From: Eledone cirrhosa
Taxonomy: Eukaryota
Length of the DNA stretch: 64,000 nucleotides
Assembly: GCA_964016885.1 (NCBI GenBank)
Contig: OZ024751.1
Location: 44,764,001-44,828,000, forward strand
Reading direction: 5' to 3'
In this document: piece after piece, positions 30,133-46,963 of the stretch
How positions within the stretch are numbered: the stretch's first letter is position 1
Layout of the letters: every line of letters begins with the position of its first letter
Notes under the pieces: generated by a model
Databases searched by the model: none
The model's input: the letters and a program-made list of their open reading frames with translations, nothing else
What the model was told of the DNA's origin: nothing
Program-made: the position numbers and the translations under genes

Positions 30133-31184
30133 CTGAGTTTTTCGAATATTAATGATTGTATCTACTTTTGGCACAAGGCCAGCAATTATCCCAGTGTATT
30201 ACTGGTATTTTATTTTATCGGCCCCGTAAGGATGAAAGGCAAAGATAACCTTGGCGGGATTTGAACTGCATGGCGTCCGACCCTCTACCGATACTGCCAA
30301 TCCACCGCCCATTTCGAATATTAATAATAACATTCGATTCGTTTGCAATTATGCAAACAAACCTCAATTTTATCGCCATGTCAGTAGAATGAACCCTTCA
30401 TTCTTGTTCTTGTGTTGCCATGCGAACAGATTACATTTATTGTATTCAGCAATGTAGAGCGAAATTTTCTTTATATATATATATATATACATGGGAGAAG
30501 AAGAAGAAGAAGAAGAAGAAGAAGAAGAAGAAGAAGAAGAAGAAGAAGAAGAAGAAGAAGAAGAAGAAGAAGAAGAAGAAGAAGAAGAAGAAAGGATGGG
30601 CGGAAAGAAAAGAGAAAGTTGGTCGGAGAAGATGGGAGATAGTGTTTGAAATTTAGGAGGAAATATAAATAACAGGAACAATATAAAAGACGGTGAATAA
30701 GACAAGGTCACGTGGACAGGCGATTAAGGTCCACCCACGCATAGCTTCAACTCTAAATTGCTTCCTCCTACGCATTAAGCTACTCATCAACTTTTAGTAT
30801 CAAATTAACCTATCAAACAACCAACCAAGCACTCTCATAACTAGACAACCACCTATTTTTTTTTGTTTAATGGTTTATTCAGTGTAGGAAGTTCAACATC
30901 TATAACTACTTCTAGGGTCTCGTTGATTGGCAGAGTTGTTAAAACCTTGGACAGAGAAAGAGAGGGGGAGAGCGATGGGGAGAGAGAGAGGGGGGGATAA
31001 GGAGAGAGATACAGAGAGAGGAACTATATCTTTGCTGTATGTGTTTCAGTACTTTGTGTTTTGAGTTCAAATGTCACTAAGGTCAACTTTGCCTTTCGTA
31101 CTTTTAAGTCGAAGGCGAAGGCTCACCAGGCCAGTGGTTATCTCCGGTTTCCTTGGCACTAAGTGGCTGAGAGTACAGGACTTT

Positions 31185-31497
<313 letters not shown>

Positions 31498-31499
31498 AT

Positions 31500-31962
31500 A
31501 TCTATCTAGGGCGGGTAAAATTCCCAAGATCAATGGACGAGTTCTCTCTGTCCCTTATTATTGCTGCCATGTCCTGCATCTCCAACAGACCAGTGTCTGT
31601 CCTTAGGGCATCAACATACGTTAACCTTGGTCTTCCTCTTCCAGTGTGTCCATGCAGGGGCAGTGCAGTGTCAACTCTGGATGTCGGTGAGCATGTCCAG
31701 CTAACCTCAGTCTCCTCTGTGTCACTTTTGAGCTGACTTTTGGGAGGCTCCCATACAGTTCTGAGTTTTTCGTCCTCAGTGTATACTGATTAATGTTCAG
31801 AGCCATCCTCAGCATTCTCATGTAGCACCCATCCACCATCTGAGTGAGTTTCTTGGTCAGTGTCCAAGTCTCAGACCCGTACAGCAGCACAGACGCCACT
31901 ACAGCAATGAAGAGGAAGATTTTCAGGTCTTTTCGAAGGTCCGACTTCCACACCGATCTCAA
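31500..31962 (-). mobile_element. RTE-clade LINE 3' fragment (same family as 24.3 kb)
   Basis: SVLLYGSETWTLT..DGCYMRMLRMALNI..RRLRLAGHAHRH; frameshifted C-terminus. Confidence 0.85.
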
Positions 31963-31970
31963 ACATTATA

Positions 31971-32522
<552 letters not shown>

Positions 32523-32752
32523 ATATATTTATATATATATGTACATCTTTATTCTTTCAATTTTTCTCACTTCCTTTAAAATTAACTGTACTTGTAATTC
32601 AAAGGCCCAGCCTTGTCACACTCTAAGGCTACACGTGCCTATGGAATGCTGAACCTGAAACCGACGGAGGTTCATTCTCATTCTTCTTTTTCTGTCCTCG
32701 TCTTTATCTTAATCATCATCATAATCCAGATCCTAATCATCATCATGATCAC

Positions 32753-32812
<60 letters not shown>

Positions 32813-33215
32813 TATGTTCATTATAGTCAATTTCTTCATTCATTATCGCCGACATCCTCCCACCCCCCTTTCTCCCCTTCCTCAACATTGCACCCTCGTC
32901 ATTCTACCCCCCACCTCACGCTCCCACCCCACAAAAGCGCCCCCCCAAAAAATGAGAACGACCGCTAAACCTAATATGATGGCGTGGCGGTGTCTTTGTT
33001 GTTTGTCTGGCTGCTTGCTTGTGTAAGCAATTTTAGTATGGAGATGTCTGTCAAATAAGAGACGTCTTCCAGGATTTAGTAACCTACAGAAGCCAATTAA
33101 ACTGAATTACAAACGATTTTCTTCTTTCCATATTTCCTTTCTTCATATCCGCATCCTTTAATCACAAAGTTTTTTGCAGTCGAAGAAGGAATATGATGGA
33201 GATGGATGAAATGGT

Positions 33216-33613
33216 CAGAGAGGGTGGAGGAAGAGAGAAAGAGAAAGAGATAGAGATAGAGAGAGGGTGGAGGAAGAGAGAAAGAGAAAGAGATAGAGAT
33301 AGAGAGAGGGTGGAGGAAGAGAGAAAGAGAAAGAGATAGAGATAGAGAGAGAGGGTGGAGGAAGAGAGAAAGAGAAAGAGATAGAGATAGAGAGAGGGTG
33401 GAGGAAGAGAGAAAGAGAAAGAGATAGAGATAGAGAGAGGGTGGAGGAAGAGAGAAAGAGAAAGAGATAGAGATAGAGAGAGGGCGGAGGAAGAGAGAAA
33501 GAGAAATAGATAGAGATAGAGAGAGGGTGGAGGAAGAGAGAAAGAGAAAGAGATAGAGATAGAGAGAGGGTGGAGGAAGAGAGAAAGAGAAAGAGATAGA
33601 GATAGAGAGAGGG
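33216..33613. repeat. 42-bp purine-rich minisatellite
   Basis: Unit GAGAGGGTGGAGGAAGAGAGAAAGAGAAAGAGATAGAGATA repeated about 9 times. Confidence 0.9.
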
Positions 33614-33758
33614 TGTGTGTGTGAGTGGGTGAGTGAGTGAGTGAGTGAGTGAGTGAGTAAGAGAGAGAGAAAGAGAGAGTAAGTGAGTGAGTGAGTGAGT
33701 GAGTGAGTGAATGAGTGAGTGAGAGAACGAGAGGGAGAAAGAGAGTGGGTGAATGAGT

Positions 33759-33795
<37 letters not shown>

Positions 33796-33932
33796 CGAAA
33801 GAGAGAAAGAGAGTGGGTGAGTGAGAGAAAGAAAGATAGAAACGATAGGGAGAGAAACGAGAAGAAGGGAAAAATGAGAAACAAAAACGACAAAGTGTGA
33901 CAGAGAAAGGATATATACATATACATATACAC

Positions 33933-34057
<125 letters not shown>

Positions 34058-34409
34058 GTAATTGTTTCTACTTTAGGCACAAGGCCAGCAATTACGCAGT
34101 GTATTACTGGTACTTTATTTTATCGACCCCGTAAGGATGAAAGGCAAAGTCAACCTCGGCGGGATTTGAACTCAGATCGTAAAGGGATGTAACTATGCTG
34201 GAAAGCATGGCGTCCGACCCTAAATTTGAAGACTAAAATCCAAAGAGGGCTCGATAAGGATAAATATATATCAAATATATAAGAACCGTAGAGCAAATAT
34301 TTATTAAAATAACAGATTGAAGTTTAAGCAAAGAATCACTGCTTTCACCCTTAACTGGAGTTTCAGAAGATCCCGTTAAGCGATTCTTTGCTTAAACTTT
34401 AATCTGTTA

Positions 34410-34484
<75 letters not shown>

Positions 34485-34488
<4 letters not shown>

Positions 34489-35390
34489 CATTAACAGAGA
34501 AAGCTTTAAGCTATACTCCGACTGGCTTCCAACTCACTCAACAAACATTAGGATATACCTTAGTATAATCCCAATTTTACGTTTGGGGTGCTAACTATAT
34601 GTATTTTCCGGATAGCCAGTTGTATTATTTTATATGAGACATAATTAAAATACATCTCCCTTTCCAAACAATTGTTTCATTATAAGTTTTCTACAAGTTG
34701 GGAAAAATGTGTTCAGGTTATGTAGAAGCCTGCACATAGTCCGTAGGAATATATGCAGGTGGGTACTTATAAATCATCAGTGGATGCCCGTCAAACATCG
34801 ATATAAAAAAATAAAAAAATGTTCTTACCGATATCCAATGTTTCTATCGATGGTCCCTCTCCGTATCAGAATGACCGCCAAATTTAAAATTCCAGCAGTC
34901 TCAGAATGAGAAATTTCACACTGTCATCAAGCGGAAAGGGGAGGTCATCGCGAAACATAATAAAATAATATGCACGCGGGTCAATTAATTTTTTCAATAA
35001 TTTTAACCCTGCGTGTGAAGAACTCAATTAGATTTTTTTTAAAATAAATATATGCATGTATTATTTATACACGCATATAGGTATTTTCTTAGGCTAAAAA
35101 CAGAGATATGATACCAGAATAACAATCAATATTTCATAGTAATAATAAATACGGAAAGTTACACTTAAAAGTTATCTGGAAATATTCATCTCTGGCCAAA
35201 TCAAGAGTATAATATTTAATACATTAACAGAGAAAGCTTTAAGCTATACTCTGACTGGCTTCCAACTCACTCAACAAACATTAGGATATACCTTAGTATA
35301 ATCCCAATTTTACGTTTGGGGTGCTAACTATATATATTTTGCGGAAGGCCAGTTGTATTATTTTATATGAGACATCTCCCTTTCCAAACA
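34485..35390 (-). mobile_element. Non-coding partial-tandem (direct pLTR / retrozyme-like) element with hammerhead at 34663-34784
   Basis: Direct repeats 34485-34670 and 35218-35390. Minus strand: TCCA-CTGATGA-TTTATAAGT...ACTTATAAT-GAAA-CAATTGTT-TGGA. (TA)n on both sides. Confidence 0.75.
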
Positions 35391-35442
35391 TATATATATA
35401 TTTATATATATATATATATGTATATTTAAAAGAATAGAGGTG

Positions 35443-35528
<86 letters not shown>

Positions 35529-36689
35529 TGTGGAAGGTGTTGGTGTCGATGTTCCTAACAGTGGTAGACCCTAACCTAATGCTTCTTGATTTTTCTACTT
35601 TTGATACAAGGCCAGCAATTATCCCAGTGTATTACTGGTACTTTATTTTATCGACCCCGTAAGGATGAAAGGCAAAGCTAACCACGGCGGGATTTGAACT
35701 CAGAACGTAAAGGGTCATAACAATAATAATGATATAAATAATCACCCCTTTATTGACCACAAGGGTCCATAAAGCGTGTTATATAAAATGGTTATTAATT
35801 GTATGAATGTACGCGTGGCCCTCATGACGTAATCAAATGTATTGAAATATGTTAAACATTAATGAAATATACAAAAGTTACCCTTCAACACAGGTAGGAT
35901 TGGGGCGCATTGCAATTCTGAATAACTTCTACACCGAGTATTCTCTGTAGACTGCGACCTTCGAATGTTTCCGTAGTGTATCTTCGGCCTTCATCGAGCT
36001 ACCCTGCATACCTTACAATATCTTGAATGAAATTCTCGGGTACAGATACACTATCTTAAGCGACAAACTTTATGTTATCCCTTTCCTGGAGCTGGCTGAT
36101 AATAAGGAACTCCCTATTGCCCACAATATTAATAAAAAGAACCTTGAATTGTAGCTAGGGCTGTCGTTACTGTATTGACAGTTTTTTTTCTTGTTTGAAT
36201 TAGCGTTTTTAGCATTCGTCTCATTTACGATTTTTTTTTTTTTTGTAGTTTGTTTTATTATTGTTTTTAATTGCTGTGTTTACAAGTATCTCTGTATGAT
36301 TTATTGTAATGTTTTCTACTTTATTTAACTCATTCGTCACCCCAACAGCTAAGCAAATATACTGTTTATGGTTTTCAATTAATTTTCAAATATTTGAAAG
36401 GAGTTAGCAACGTAACTAAGTTTTACATTAGTGGTGTTTCGAACAAAGTTTTACATTAGTAACTAAGTTTTAACTGAACTAAATGACCTTACTTAACTAA
36501 CAAAGAAGGGGGGATTATAATATAAATAGGAACTATTTATAACAGATAGATTTATATTTCACAGTCAAAGGAGCTCCCAGGTGGATTGATATGGTTAATC
36601 CAAAGGTTCTGGCGGTTTTTGTGTTTGAAAAATATTGGAAACCGAGGTGGGCGGGGTAGGAGTGTTGTCTTTCGTTCACCGTTGCTACT

Positions 36690-37482
36690 AGTATCATGAC
36701 TTCTCCATATGTCACAAAGCATATTGTCCAACGTTCTACCGATACTGCCAAACCACCGCCCTAACAATAACAACAACAACAACAACAATCACAATTATGA
36801 CAATGATGGTTTCTGATTCCGGCACAAGGCCAGCAATTTTGGGGGAGGTGGAAAGTCAACTAAATTGACCCCAGTGCGACACAGGTACTTTATTTATCGA
36901 CCCTGTAAGAATAAAAAACAAAGCTTAACTCGGTGGGATTTGAACCCTGAACGTAAAGGAATGTAACTATATAATACAAAGCATGTTGTCCGCCCTAACA
37001 ACAACAACAACAACAATCACAATAAAGATTTCTACTATAGGCACAAGGCCAGTAATTATGTGGGAGGAGGAAAGTCGATTAAATCGACTCCAGTGTATTA
37101 CTGGTACTTTATTTTATCGACCCCGTAAGGATGAAAGGCAAAGTTAACCTCGGTGGGATTTGAACTCAGATCATAAAGGGTCGTAACTCTATGTTTCAAA
37201 GCATGGTGTCCGACCCTCTACCGATACTGCTAATCCACCGCCCTTAAATGATTTCTATTATAGGCTCAAGGCCAGTAATTTGAGGGGTGGGGTGGCGGAA
37301 AGTCGGTTAAATCCACCCCAGTGTATTACTGGTACTTTATTTTATCGACCCCGTAAGATGAAAAGCAAATCTAACATTGGCGGGATTTGAACCTTGAACA
37401 TAGAGGAAAGGAATATAAATGTAACTATATACCACAAACCCTATTGTCCGACCCTCTACCGATTCTACCAATCCACCACCCT
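36690..37482 (-). mobile_element. Cluster of long-form SINE copies
   Basis: Three near-complete copies and one partial, carrying the extra GGAAAGTCGATTAAATCGACCCC-like segment. Confidence 0.8.
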
Positions 37483-37710
37483 GACAAACAACGATAACAA
37501 CAACAATAGTAACAATCACAATGTACATCATGATATGGCCATGCATGATGGACTTCCGTTTGTTCTAGTATTACTACAATGACCTCCCTTATTAACATAA
37601 ACTTGTTACAAGAATTCGGTACACTATTATTTCCTCGTCATGTCACGCTTCCAAGTTCCCTCTTCCTTCCGTCTGTTTGTCCGCTTGTCTGTCAACTTCA
37701 CTGTCTCTTA

Positions 37711-37798
<88 letters not shown>

Positions 37799-37799
37799 T

Positions 37800-37832
<33 letters not shown>

Positions 37833-38632
37833 CTCGCACCTTCTCTCTCTCTCTCTCTCTCTATGTATATATATATATATATATAGTAGAGAGATACAGA
37901 GAAAGTGAGAGACACATATCTATATATATATATATATGTCTCTCACTTTATCTCTGTCTCTCTCACACACTTTTTCTCTCCTTCCTCTCCCACTGTCCCA
38001 CCCCCACCTCTCTCTATCCACTTGTCTCCCTGTATCCACCTCTCTCTCCCTCCCTCTCGCTCTCTCGCACTTTCTCTGTCTCTCCTCTCCCTCTATCCAT
38101 CTCCCTCTCTCTCTTCTTCCCCCTCTTTCTCTCACACTCTCCCCCTCTGTTTGTCTATTCTTGCCATTTTTTCAATTCTTTCTTATTTTTTTTTTCTATG
38201 TTGATGTTTTCTTTTTCCTTTCTTTAATTTTCTTAGAATTATTTTTGGTCTTATATTTGTTTTGTTTTCGTTTTTGTTGTTGCTGTTGTCGTTGTTGTTG
38301 TTGTTGTTGTTGTTTTGTTGTTGTTGTTGTTCTTTGGGTGGAAGAAATTTAGTTCCGGTGAAAAGAGGTTGACTATGGTGGTGATGGAGACGTCTATAGA
38401 ATTGGTGGTGGTTGTGGAGGTGGAGATAGGAGAGGAGGAGGAGGAGGTGATAGTCTTGGTTAGGGGGGGAGGTGAGAGGAGGAACGCAGAGAAGGAAGAA
38501 GAAAGCAAATATACATTTAAAACAAAGTTTAAAAGAAGTTGCACTCCACCAAAAAATATATGCTATTTATATATATATATATTATATATATTATATATAT
38601 ATGATATATATGAGATATATATATATATATAT

Positions 38633-38681
<49 letters not shown>

Positions 38682-38717
38682 TATATATATATATATTATA
38701 TATATATATGATATATA

Positions 38718-38784
<67 letters not shown>

Positions 38785-39098
38785 TATATAAATGCATACA
38801 TATATATATATATATATACATGCATACATATATATATATCATGATATATATATGTATGTATATATATGTATATCATATATATATATATTATATATATATA
38901 TTATATATATATAAATGTAAGATATAAGAAAAGATAAAAATTAACCAATAAATAAATAAATACATTAAAAGACAGGAAACAAAAGACAGAGGCAGAGAGA
39001 TTAAGTGAGATAATGATACACACACATATACATACATACATACACACACATATAATTATGTATATATATTTATATATATATATATACATATATATATG

Positions 39099-39150
<52 letters not shown>

Positions 39151-39196
39151 CATATATATATGTATATATATATGTATATATATATATATATATTTA

Positions 39197-39296
<100 letters not shown>

Positions 39297-39600
39297 AATA
39301 TATACTTATGTCTATGATTACGAAATGAGTACAGTGAGGACAAAATCACATATGTGTCTCAGACAAACGGAAAACAATACTCGCTCCTTCAACCTCCGAG
39401 TGTAGTTTACGTAAAGATCCGATGTCGATGCAAACGGTCGATCAACCTATAGTTAAATGAGGAGCTTATAATTCCATTGCTCCTAGTGAATTGATAAAAT
39501 AAGAAACGAATATAGAAATACGAGAGTCTTTCGACAAAATGAGACATTGCTGTGTATAAGATGTTACTAATTAAGGCCAGTAAAGTCATTATTTAACTTA

Positions 39601-39787
39601 GGGCGGTGAATTGGCAGTAACGGTAGAGGGTCGGACGCCATGCTTTTGACGCATAGAGTTACGGCCCTTGCCATTCAAATCCCGCCGAGGTTAACTTAGC
39701 CTTTCATCCTTACGGGGTCGATAAAATAAGGTACCAGTAATGTACTGGTATAATTGCTGGTCTTGTGCCAATAGTAGAAACAATTAT
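39601..39787 (+). mobile_element. tRNA-SINE copy with TSD ATTATTTAACTTA
   Basis: Duplication at 39588-39600 and 39783-39795. Confidence 0.88.
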
Positions 39788-40594
39788 TTAACTTAATACT
39801 CAATATCATTATAAGGATTATTTGCCCAATGGTTAAGTTTCTATCGATTCGATAGCAAATTGCAATTGCTGTCTGATTATTAATTTGTGGTCAGGGTGTT
39901 TGACTTACGGTCATAGGTTCGATTCTTTGACTGCGTTTTTTAAGCCTTACACTGGACCTATCTCACTCTCTGAACAACGGTGACAGAAATCCCCAAAACA
40001 GAAGTCAACAAGCATTGGGGGCCAACGTGTCGTAGGTTTTACATCAGAGTTTTGTTTCTCCTAGAATAATGTCTTAACAAGAACTATGGGTTCCTCACTC
40101 CCGTAGGTTTAACCGTGAGCTCGCGCACCAAACCGAGTATTTCCATGTCCCCGCACACACAAACATACATACATATATACAAACATACACACCTTAACCA
40201 TAACCCTAACCATGGCACCATTTTGACACAAGCACCAGTTTTTAAAATGTAATATGCTGACGTGGTGACTTAAGACGTTTTATCTTCTGTTTCAGTTGTA
40301 GAGAATTTATATTGTTTCTTTGTTCTCAGTTCGTTTTTATATAAGGCGTGGTTCCCTGGATGTTTACCCATTCGAAACATAATGCCTTTCAAGCATTGTT
40401 CTGATAGTTTCCATACGTAACCTTAAAAAACCTGAATGTTTAATTTTTCCCACGTACCCAGATGTGGAATTACGCTTGAAGTAACGGCCCTTCAAACTAG
40501 CTTTCAATAAATTCCTACCTATCTGAGGAACGCATGGAAAGGGATTCATGGAAATGGCGATCCAGTTTTATTGAGAATATATACATATATATAC

Positions 40595-40652
<58 letters not shown>

Positions 40653-40656
40653 ATAT

Positions 40657-40738
<82 letters not shown>

Positions 40739-41817
40739 TGTATGTATGAATATACATATATCTATGTATGTATACACACATATTTTTATATATATATTTA
40801 TTTTATATTTATATATATATATATATATAAACAGACAACTATTTTGCAACACTTGATTATTACTGTGTGAATATTTCTATGTGCCTAGCACAAATAATGT
40901 TTCCCTTAATTCACTTAATTCATTTAATACATAAACTTATGTGTTTGATGAATATAGGTAAACGTATTAGATGAAAGTGTGTGAGAAACATTATTTGGGT
41001 GCAATGAACGGCATTAAAAGGCGCCATATTGAATATGTTCCTCTCTTCATTAATTCCGAATAAAATCAAAAGCGTTGACCGAGAAATATCCTAGATGTTG
41101 TTTTTTGTGTTTGTTTGATTTTGTTAGTAGTTGTCAAAATAACATACCGTAGAAAAGTTGTGTATATATATAACAGTTTCGAATATAAGATTGCACAACC
41201 ATAGAAACTAACACAAATGAATTATTGGTATCTGTTTCTGACTTTGGTACAAGGCCAGCAATTTGGAAGAAAAATGAAAAGCGAAGTTGATTGGCCGCGG
41301 ATATTAGATTTGATCTCAAGATATACTCATTTTCTGCCGAGTATACTGGGGCAACATGAAATGAAGTGTTTTGCTCAAGAACACAAAACCCAACCCAATA
41401 CTTATATATGTATATATATATATATATACAAGTTAATATAAATTAATATATTTGATAAACACAAATACCAACATATCCGTGTTTGTATTGTAAATGACTA
41501 AGTTAGCTAGATTGAAATATACTAATTATAATAATACAGTTTGCCTGTCTCGATTTAAAATAATAAATCAATAAAAACAAAGCATATTGGCAAATGGCCG
41601 TGGTGCTTGGACAAATTTAAATTTCAAAATCAAACCTGTTCCGTAGACAGGTTTAAACCTTAAAATCCAAATATGTTTCGAAAAATGAAAAAGTGAAAGA
41701 ATACCGCATTTTGATCTCCTCAGCAAGCACTAGAAAAATTGGTATGTTTCACTTCAAAATATTTAAAAAGACTGTTTAACGCACATGGTTTTTCACACAT
41801 GGTTATCCAGTGTCTAG

Positions 41818-41855
<38 letters not shown>

Positions 41856-41882
41856 TATATTTAATATATATATATACATACA

Positions 41883-41989
<107 letters not shown>

Positions 41990-42015
41990 TGTATATATAT
42001 GTATACATATATATA

Positions 42016-42190
42016 TTTAATATAGAAATGGCTTCTACAGGACTAGAACTGTTTCATTCGAAGGAAAGCCCTTTCCTGGTGATTTCCTTTGAAGGAAACA
42101 GTTCTAGTCCTGTAGAAGCCATTTCTATATTAAATATTTATACTCGGCTATGTATTGAGTACTGTGGTTACCCGCGATTGAACGCGGGAC
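42016..42190 (+). mobile_element. Fold-back element family H5 with degenerate hammerhead (CTGGTGA)
   Basis: Homologous to 31308-31497; inverted arms centred at ~42068. Confidence 0.7.
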
Positions 42191-42235
42191 ACACACGCAC
42201 ACACACACACACACTCACACACACTCACACACACT

Positions 42236-42319
<84 letters not shown>

Positions 42320-43878
42320 AATATATATGTGTGCGCGTGCGTGTAAACAACTGCATGCGCTTATATTCTCTACAGTCCGCTGTTGTTTGTACGTGCAGGC
42401 AGACATTGAACGTCTGTCTACCATACGTCACAATTCCTCTGTACCAGTTAAGAAATCTTTGGTACCATCGTCAAACTAATAAAACTTCCTAGTAGACAAT
42501 GATTAAAGCAAGCTTAATTCTTCAGTGAATTGTTTCAGTAATTACAGAGATCATAGTTACACACTTTGACACGTTGAATTAGTTTAGGACAATTACTGTG
42601 AATAAATACACTAATTTTTATTCTTCTGAAGAAAAAAATATATATATAGAAATAAATTAAAACTAAGAACAGCGTTTTAGTTGCTTGTAAACAATTGTTG
42701 TTGAAAGAAAAAATAACTAGAATCGTGATTTAGAGCTTTTTCGTATAGCCGATTACTCGACCTATTCGAAATAGTAGCAAGAGTGATATCCAAACCTTTT
42801 CATAGTGTCTTTTAAAAATGGTACATTGCTTAGAATAATCTGGGTCACACCATGTGAAAGTCTATTCTAAGCCGAAGGTTTATCAAGCCGGTGCTTATCC
42901 CCGGTTTCCATGGCGAGATCTTTGATTATGCGGCTTTAGTCGGCCTGGTATGGTGAAAGATAAATATCATAAACCACGCGATATTTTTTTTATCGATCGA
43001 CAAGATCCCAGACTTCATTCGATTACCGACTGGAGTGGACTTCATCAAATCGAATAAATAACAATAATATTATCCATGATGGATGAAATCCAACACCTAA
43101 TTTTTTTTTTTTCCAATAGAAAATTATTAGATGCTTTCTGATCAATATCGATCCACATTCATATATACTATTTAATTTTAGATCTACCCTAACTATATAT
43201 TTTATTGACAAAAATCCTACACAAATTCTTCGTCCAACATTCATAATGTAACACGGAACCTTAGTACTAAATACATTTAAAATGTTTCTCATTTCATTTG
43301 ACTTGAGGACTTCTCGTAAATTAACAGCAGACCGCGAATGAAACTTTAGAAAGCAGTGAATAACAAAATAAGAATATTTGAACAAAGAAATGAACTGGAG
43401 TCATAAATTCATTCTATTGCTAAGGAAGTGATCAAATATATATAATGAGTAATATCAGACCATTCTTCTCCATATCTACTTAATTTTTCCCCACCCACAT
43501 TCTTATGTCTACCTAATTTCGGTACCAATACATCAACACCATTATAACCACATCACACCACCATTACCACAATAGTTCTCAATATCAGCATCATTATTAT
43601 CACAGTCCACAACACGTCAGCTAATACCACAATTTTCTCGCCTACCCCACCACTACCACCACTACTACCACTACCTCTTCTCTATGTCTACATCACTAAT
43701 ATATATCCATAAATGGACGGGGTTCAACAATATAGCAATGTGAGTACTGCCTAGTTGGTGGTGAGAAACTTTGAACTTATAAACTAGAAACAGAGAAAAA
43801 TAAAATAAAAACGAAATAAAGCATAAATAAGACATGAAAAAGTTACGAAAGAGCGCAACGAAGAAAATGGCAGGGAAC

Positions 43879-44060
<182 letters not shown>

Positions 44061-44558
44061 AATATATATATATATACATATATATATATATTCAATAATT
44101 TATATATATATATATATGTAAACGAATATATATATTTATATATGTGTATATATATATGTGTGTGTCTGTGGTGTGAGTGTGGTTATATATATAAATATTC
44201 TTATATATATATATATATATATATAAGAATATATATATATGTAAACGAATATATATTTATTTATATATGTGTATATATATATGTGTGTGTTTGAGGTGTG
44301 TGAGTGTGCTTATATATATATGTATATATGAATATAAGCACATATATATGTTAAAAATATATTATATACATATATGTGAGAGTGTGTATGTGAGTGTTTG
44401 TGTGTGTGCCTATGTATGTGTGCATGTGTGTGTCTGTGTGTCTGTGTGTCTGTGTGTGTCTTTGTCTGTGTATGTGTGTGTCTGCGTGTGCCTGTTTGTG
44501 TACAAATTCGGGTACTTTTCCTAATTTTCGATGATTTCATTTAAACTTATCTGTTCAG

Positions 44559-44642
44559 TGAATTGAAGTTAAAATGGCGGACACATATCTTGAAACAGTT
44601 GCCGGAAGGAATTTTCAACCGAGAAATTGCAGACAGTCAAAA
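44559..44642 (+). other. Possible first coding exon (MADTYLETVAGRNFQPRNCRQSK)
   Basis: TTATCTGTTCAG acceptor, AAAATGGCGG start context, open frame to a GTGCGT donor; product not recognised. Confidence 0.3.
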
Positions 44643-44756
44643 GTGCGTTCTGTCTCAATTTGGAAATTTATAATTAAATGAATATTAGTTTATATAAAAA
44701 TATACATTCGCAAACAAGAACAAGCATATGCACACACACACACACACACACACACT

Positions 44757-44792
<36 letters not shown>

Positions 44793-44897
44793 CAAATATA
44801 TATACATATATATATACATATACATACATATATGAATATAAAATGCAGATATTCACACATATATGTATATATATATATATTTATATATTTATATATG

Positions 44898-44929
<32 letters not shown>

Positions 44930-44933
44930 TATA

Positions 44934-45036
<103 letters not shown>

Positions 45037-45645
45037 TTATATATATATAGATATATATAGATATATATATATATATATATATACAACATAACAACATACG
45101 TGCACATATATAATCGTTAAAAAAAAAAATTTTTTTTGCTATGTGTGTGTTTCAGATACTGTTTGTTTGTGTGTATCTATGTATGTTTGTTTGTTTGTGT
45201 CTGTGTTTGTATCTATATATGGCTCTCTACGGCTGTGTACACCGAAAAATAAAATGGAAAAACGTAAAAACAAAACCCGCAAAAATGTAGGAGTACATTT
45301 TTATAATATTTATAAAGATTAAAAATAACATTCTTACCAATTTTTGCTGCTTTGCTGAAAGCGTATTATGTAAGGAAAGATACTGAATATAAGAGAAAAC
45401 AAAAACAAAAACAATAACAACAACAACAAAAAGACAACAAGGATAAAGAAGTCTATTACTTTGTGAGGTCTCTAAGAATTCATTTAGTTTAATATATTCT
45501 CTCTTAGAAAGGACTGAATCCAAAATTCGTAAGAACGATCTAGGTATTTTGAAGTTTGCCTAAAGACATGTCGGGAGAAGGAAAGAAGAAAAAAGAGAAG
45601 AAATTATGATAGACAGCAATAACTCATTTGTTTGCATTTAAATAG

Positions 45646-45710
<65 letters not shown>

Positions 45711-45880
45711 TATAATATATGCATATAATATATATATATATAGAGAGAGAGAGAGTCAGATACATGTACATATACTTACACACTAACAGACAGATGTATA
45801 TGTGTGTGTGTGTATATATATATATGCATGCATATAATATATGTATATATGCATATATATATATATACATACTCACAAAT

Positions 45881-45929
<49 letters not shown>

Positions 45930-46377
45930 CCTATATGTGCATATGTGCCTGAAAATATCGGTCTATGTCTCTCTTTCTCTTTCTCTTTCTCTTTCTCTTT
46001 CTCTTTCTCTTTCTCTTTCTCTTTCTCCCTCCCTCACTCACTATTGCAGTTTCTTACTCTGTTCCTCTCTTTATGTACATATGTATGTATGTATGAATGT
46101 GTGCATACATTCATACATACATACACATAATATACATACATTCATACATACGTCCACACATACATACATACAAATATATATACATTCATACATACATACA
46201 CATATGCATACATACATTCATACATACATACACACATACATACATACATACATACATACATACATACATACATACATACATACATACATACATACAAACA
46301 TACATACATACATACATGATGGCTGCCCCCTCGTTATCGAGTATGGCCATTGCACGAGAAAAAATATATATATATAT

Positions 46378-46431
<54 letters not shown>

Positions 46432-46435
<4 letters not shown>

Positions 46436-46732
46436 TTTTCTTTATTAACCACAAGGGTTTACATAAAGTAGACATTAAGGACAGTACAGGACAATACAGG
46501 ACGGTACAAATGGGCATTTCTGCGTGTAAAAAAACAGAGGATGTGATAAAATAACAAAGAAAAATTCCCCAATAGGGGGGAGACTTCCGAGGGACATTTG
46601 TGGAGAAAGCCCATTAAAAAGCCACAGTGACCCTGACCACCAGGACAAGTGCCCTCTCCCAGTTTTCCACCTTTAATTTACAGACACATACTCAGAGAAG
46701 GCCCATTCATTCGGGCCATACTTGCTTCTCTC
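46432..46732 (-). mobile_element. Shorter 3' copy of the same Tx1-like LINE (a further 3'UTR copy at 26578-26715)
   Basis: Near-identical to 46964-47265. Confidence 0.85.
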
Positions 46733-46963
46733 ATAATAATAATTGTTTCTACTTTAGGCACAAGGCCAGCAATTACCCAGTGCATTACTGGTACTTTATT
46801 TTATCGACCCCGTAAGGATGAAAGGCAAAGTCAACCTCAGCGGGATTTGAACTCAGATCGTAAAGGGACGTAACTATGCTGGAAAGCATGGCGTCCGACC
46901 CTCCACCGATACTGCCAATCCACCGCCCTTTATCCACTCTCTCATAATAATAATAGTAATAAT

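Noticed and set aside
40190-40212. CCCTAA-like telomeric motifs (also 7094-7115)
   Set aside because: Only 2-3 degenerate units, internal to repeats; not a telomere.
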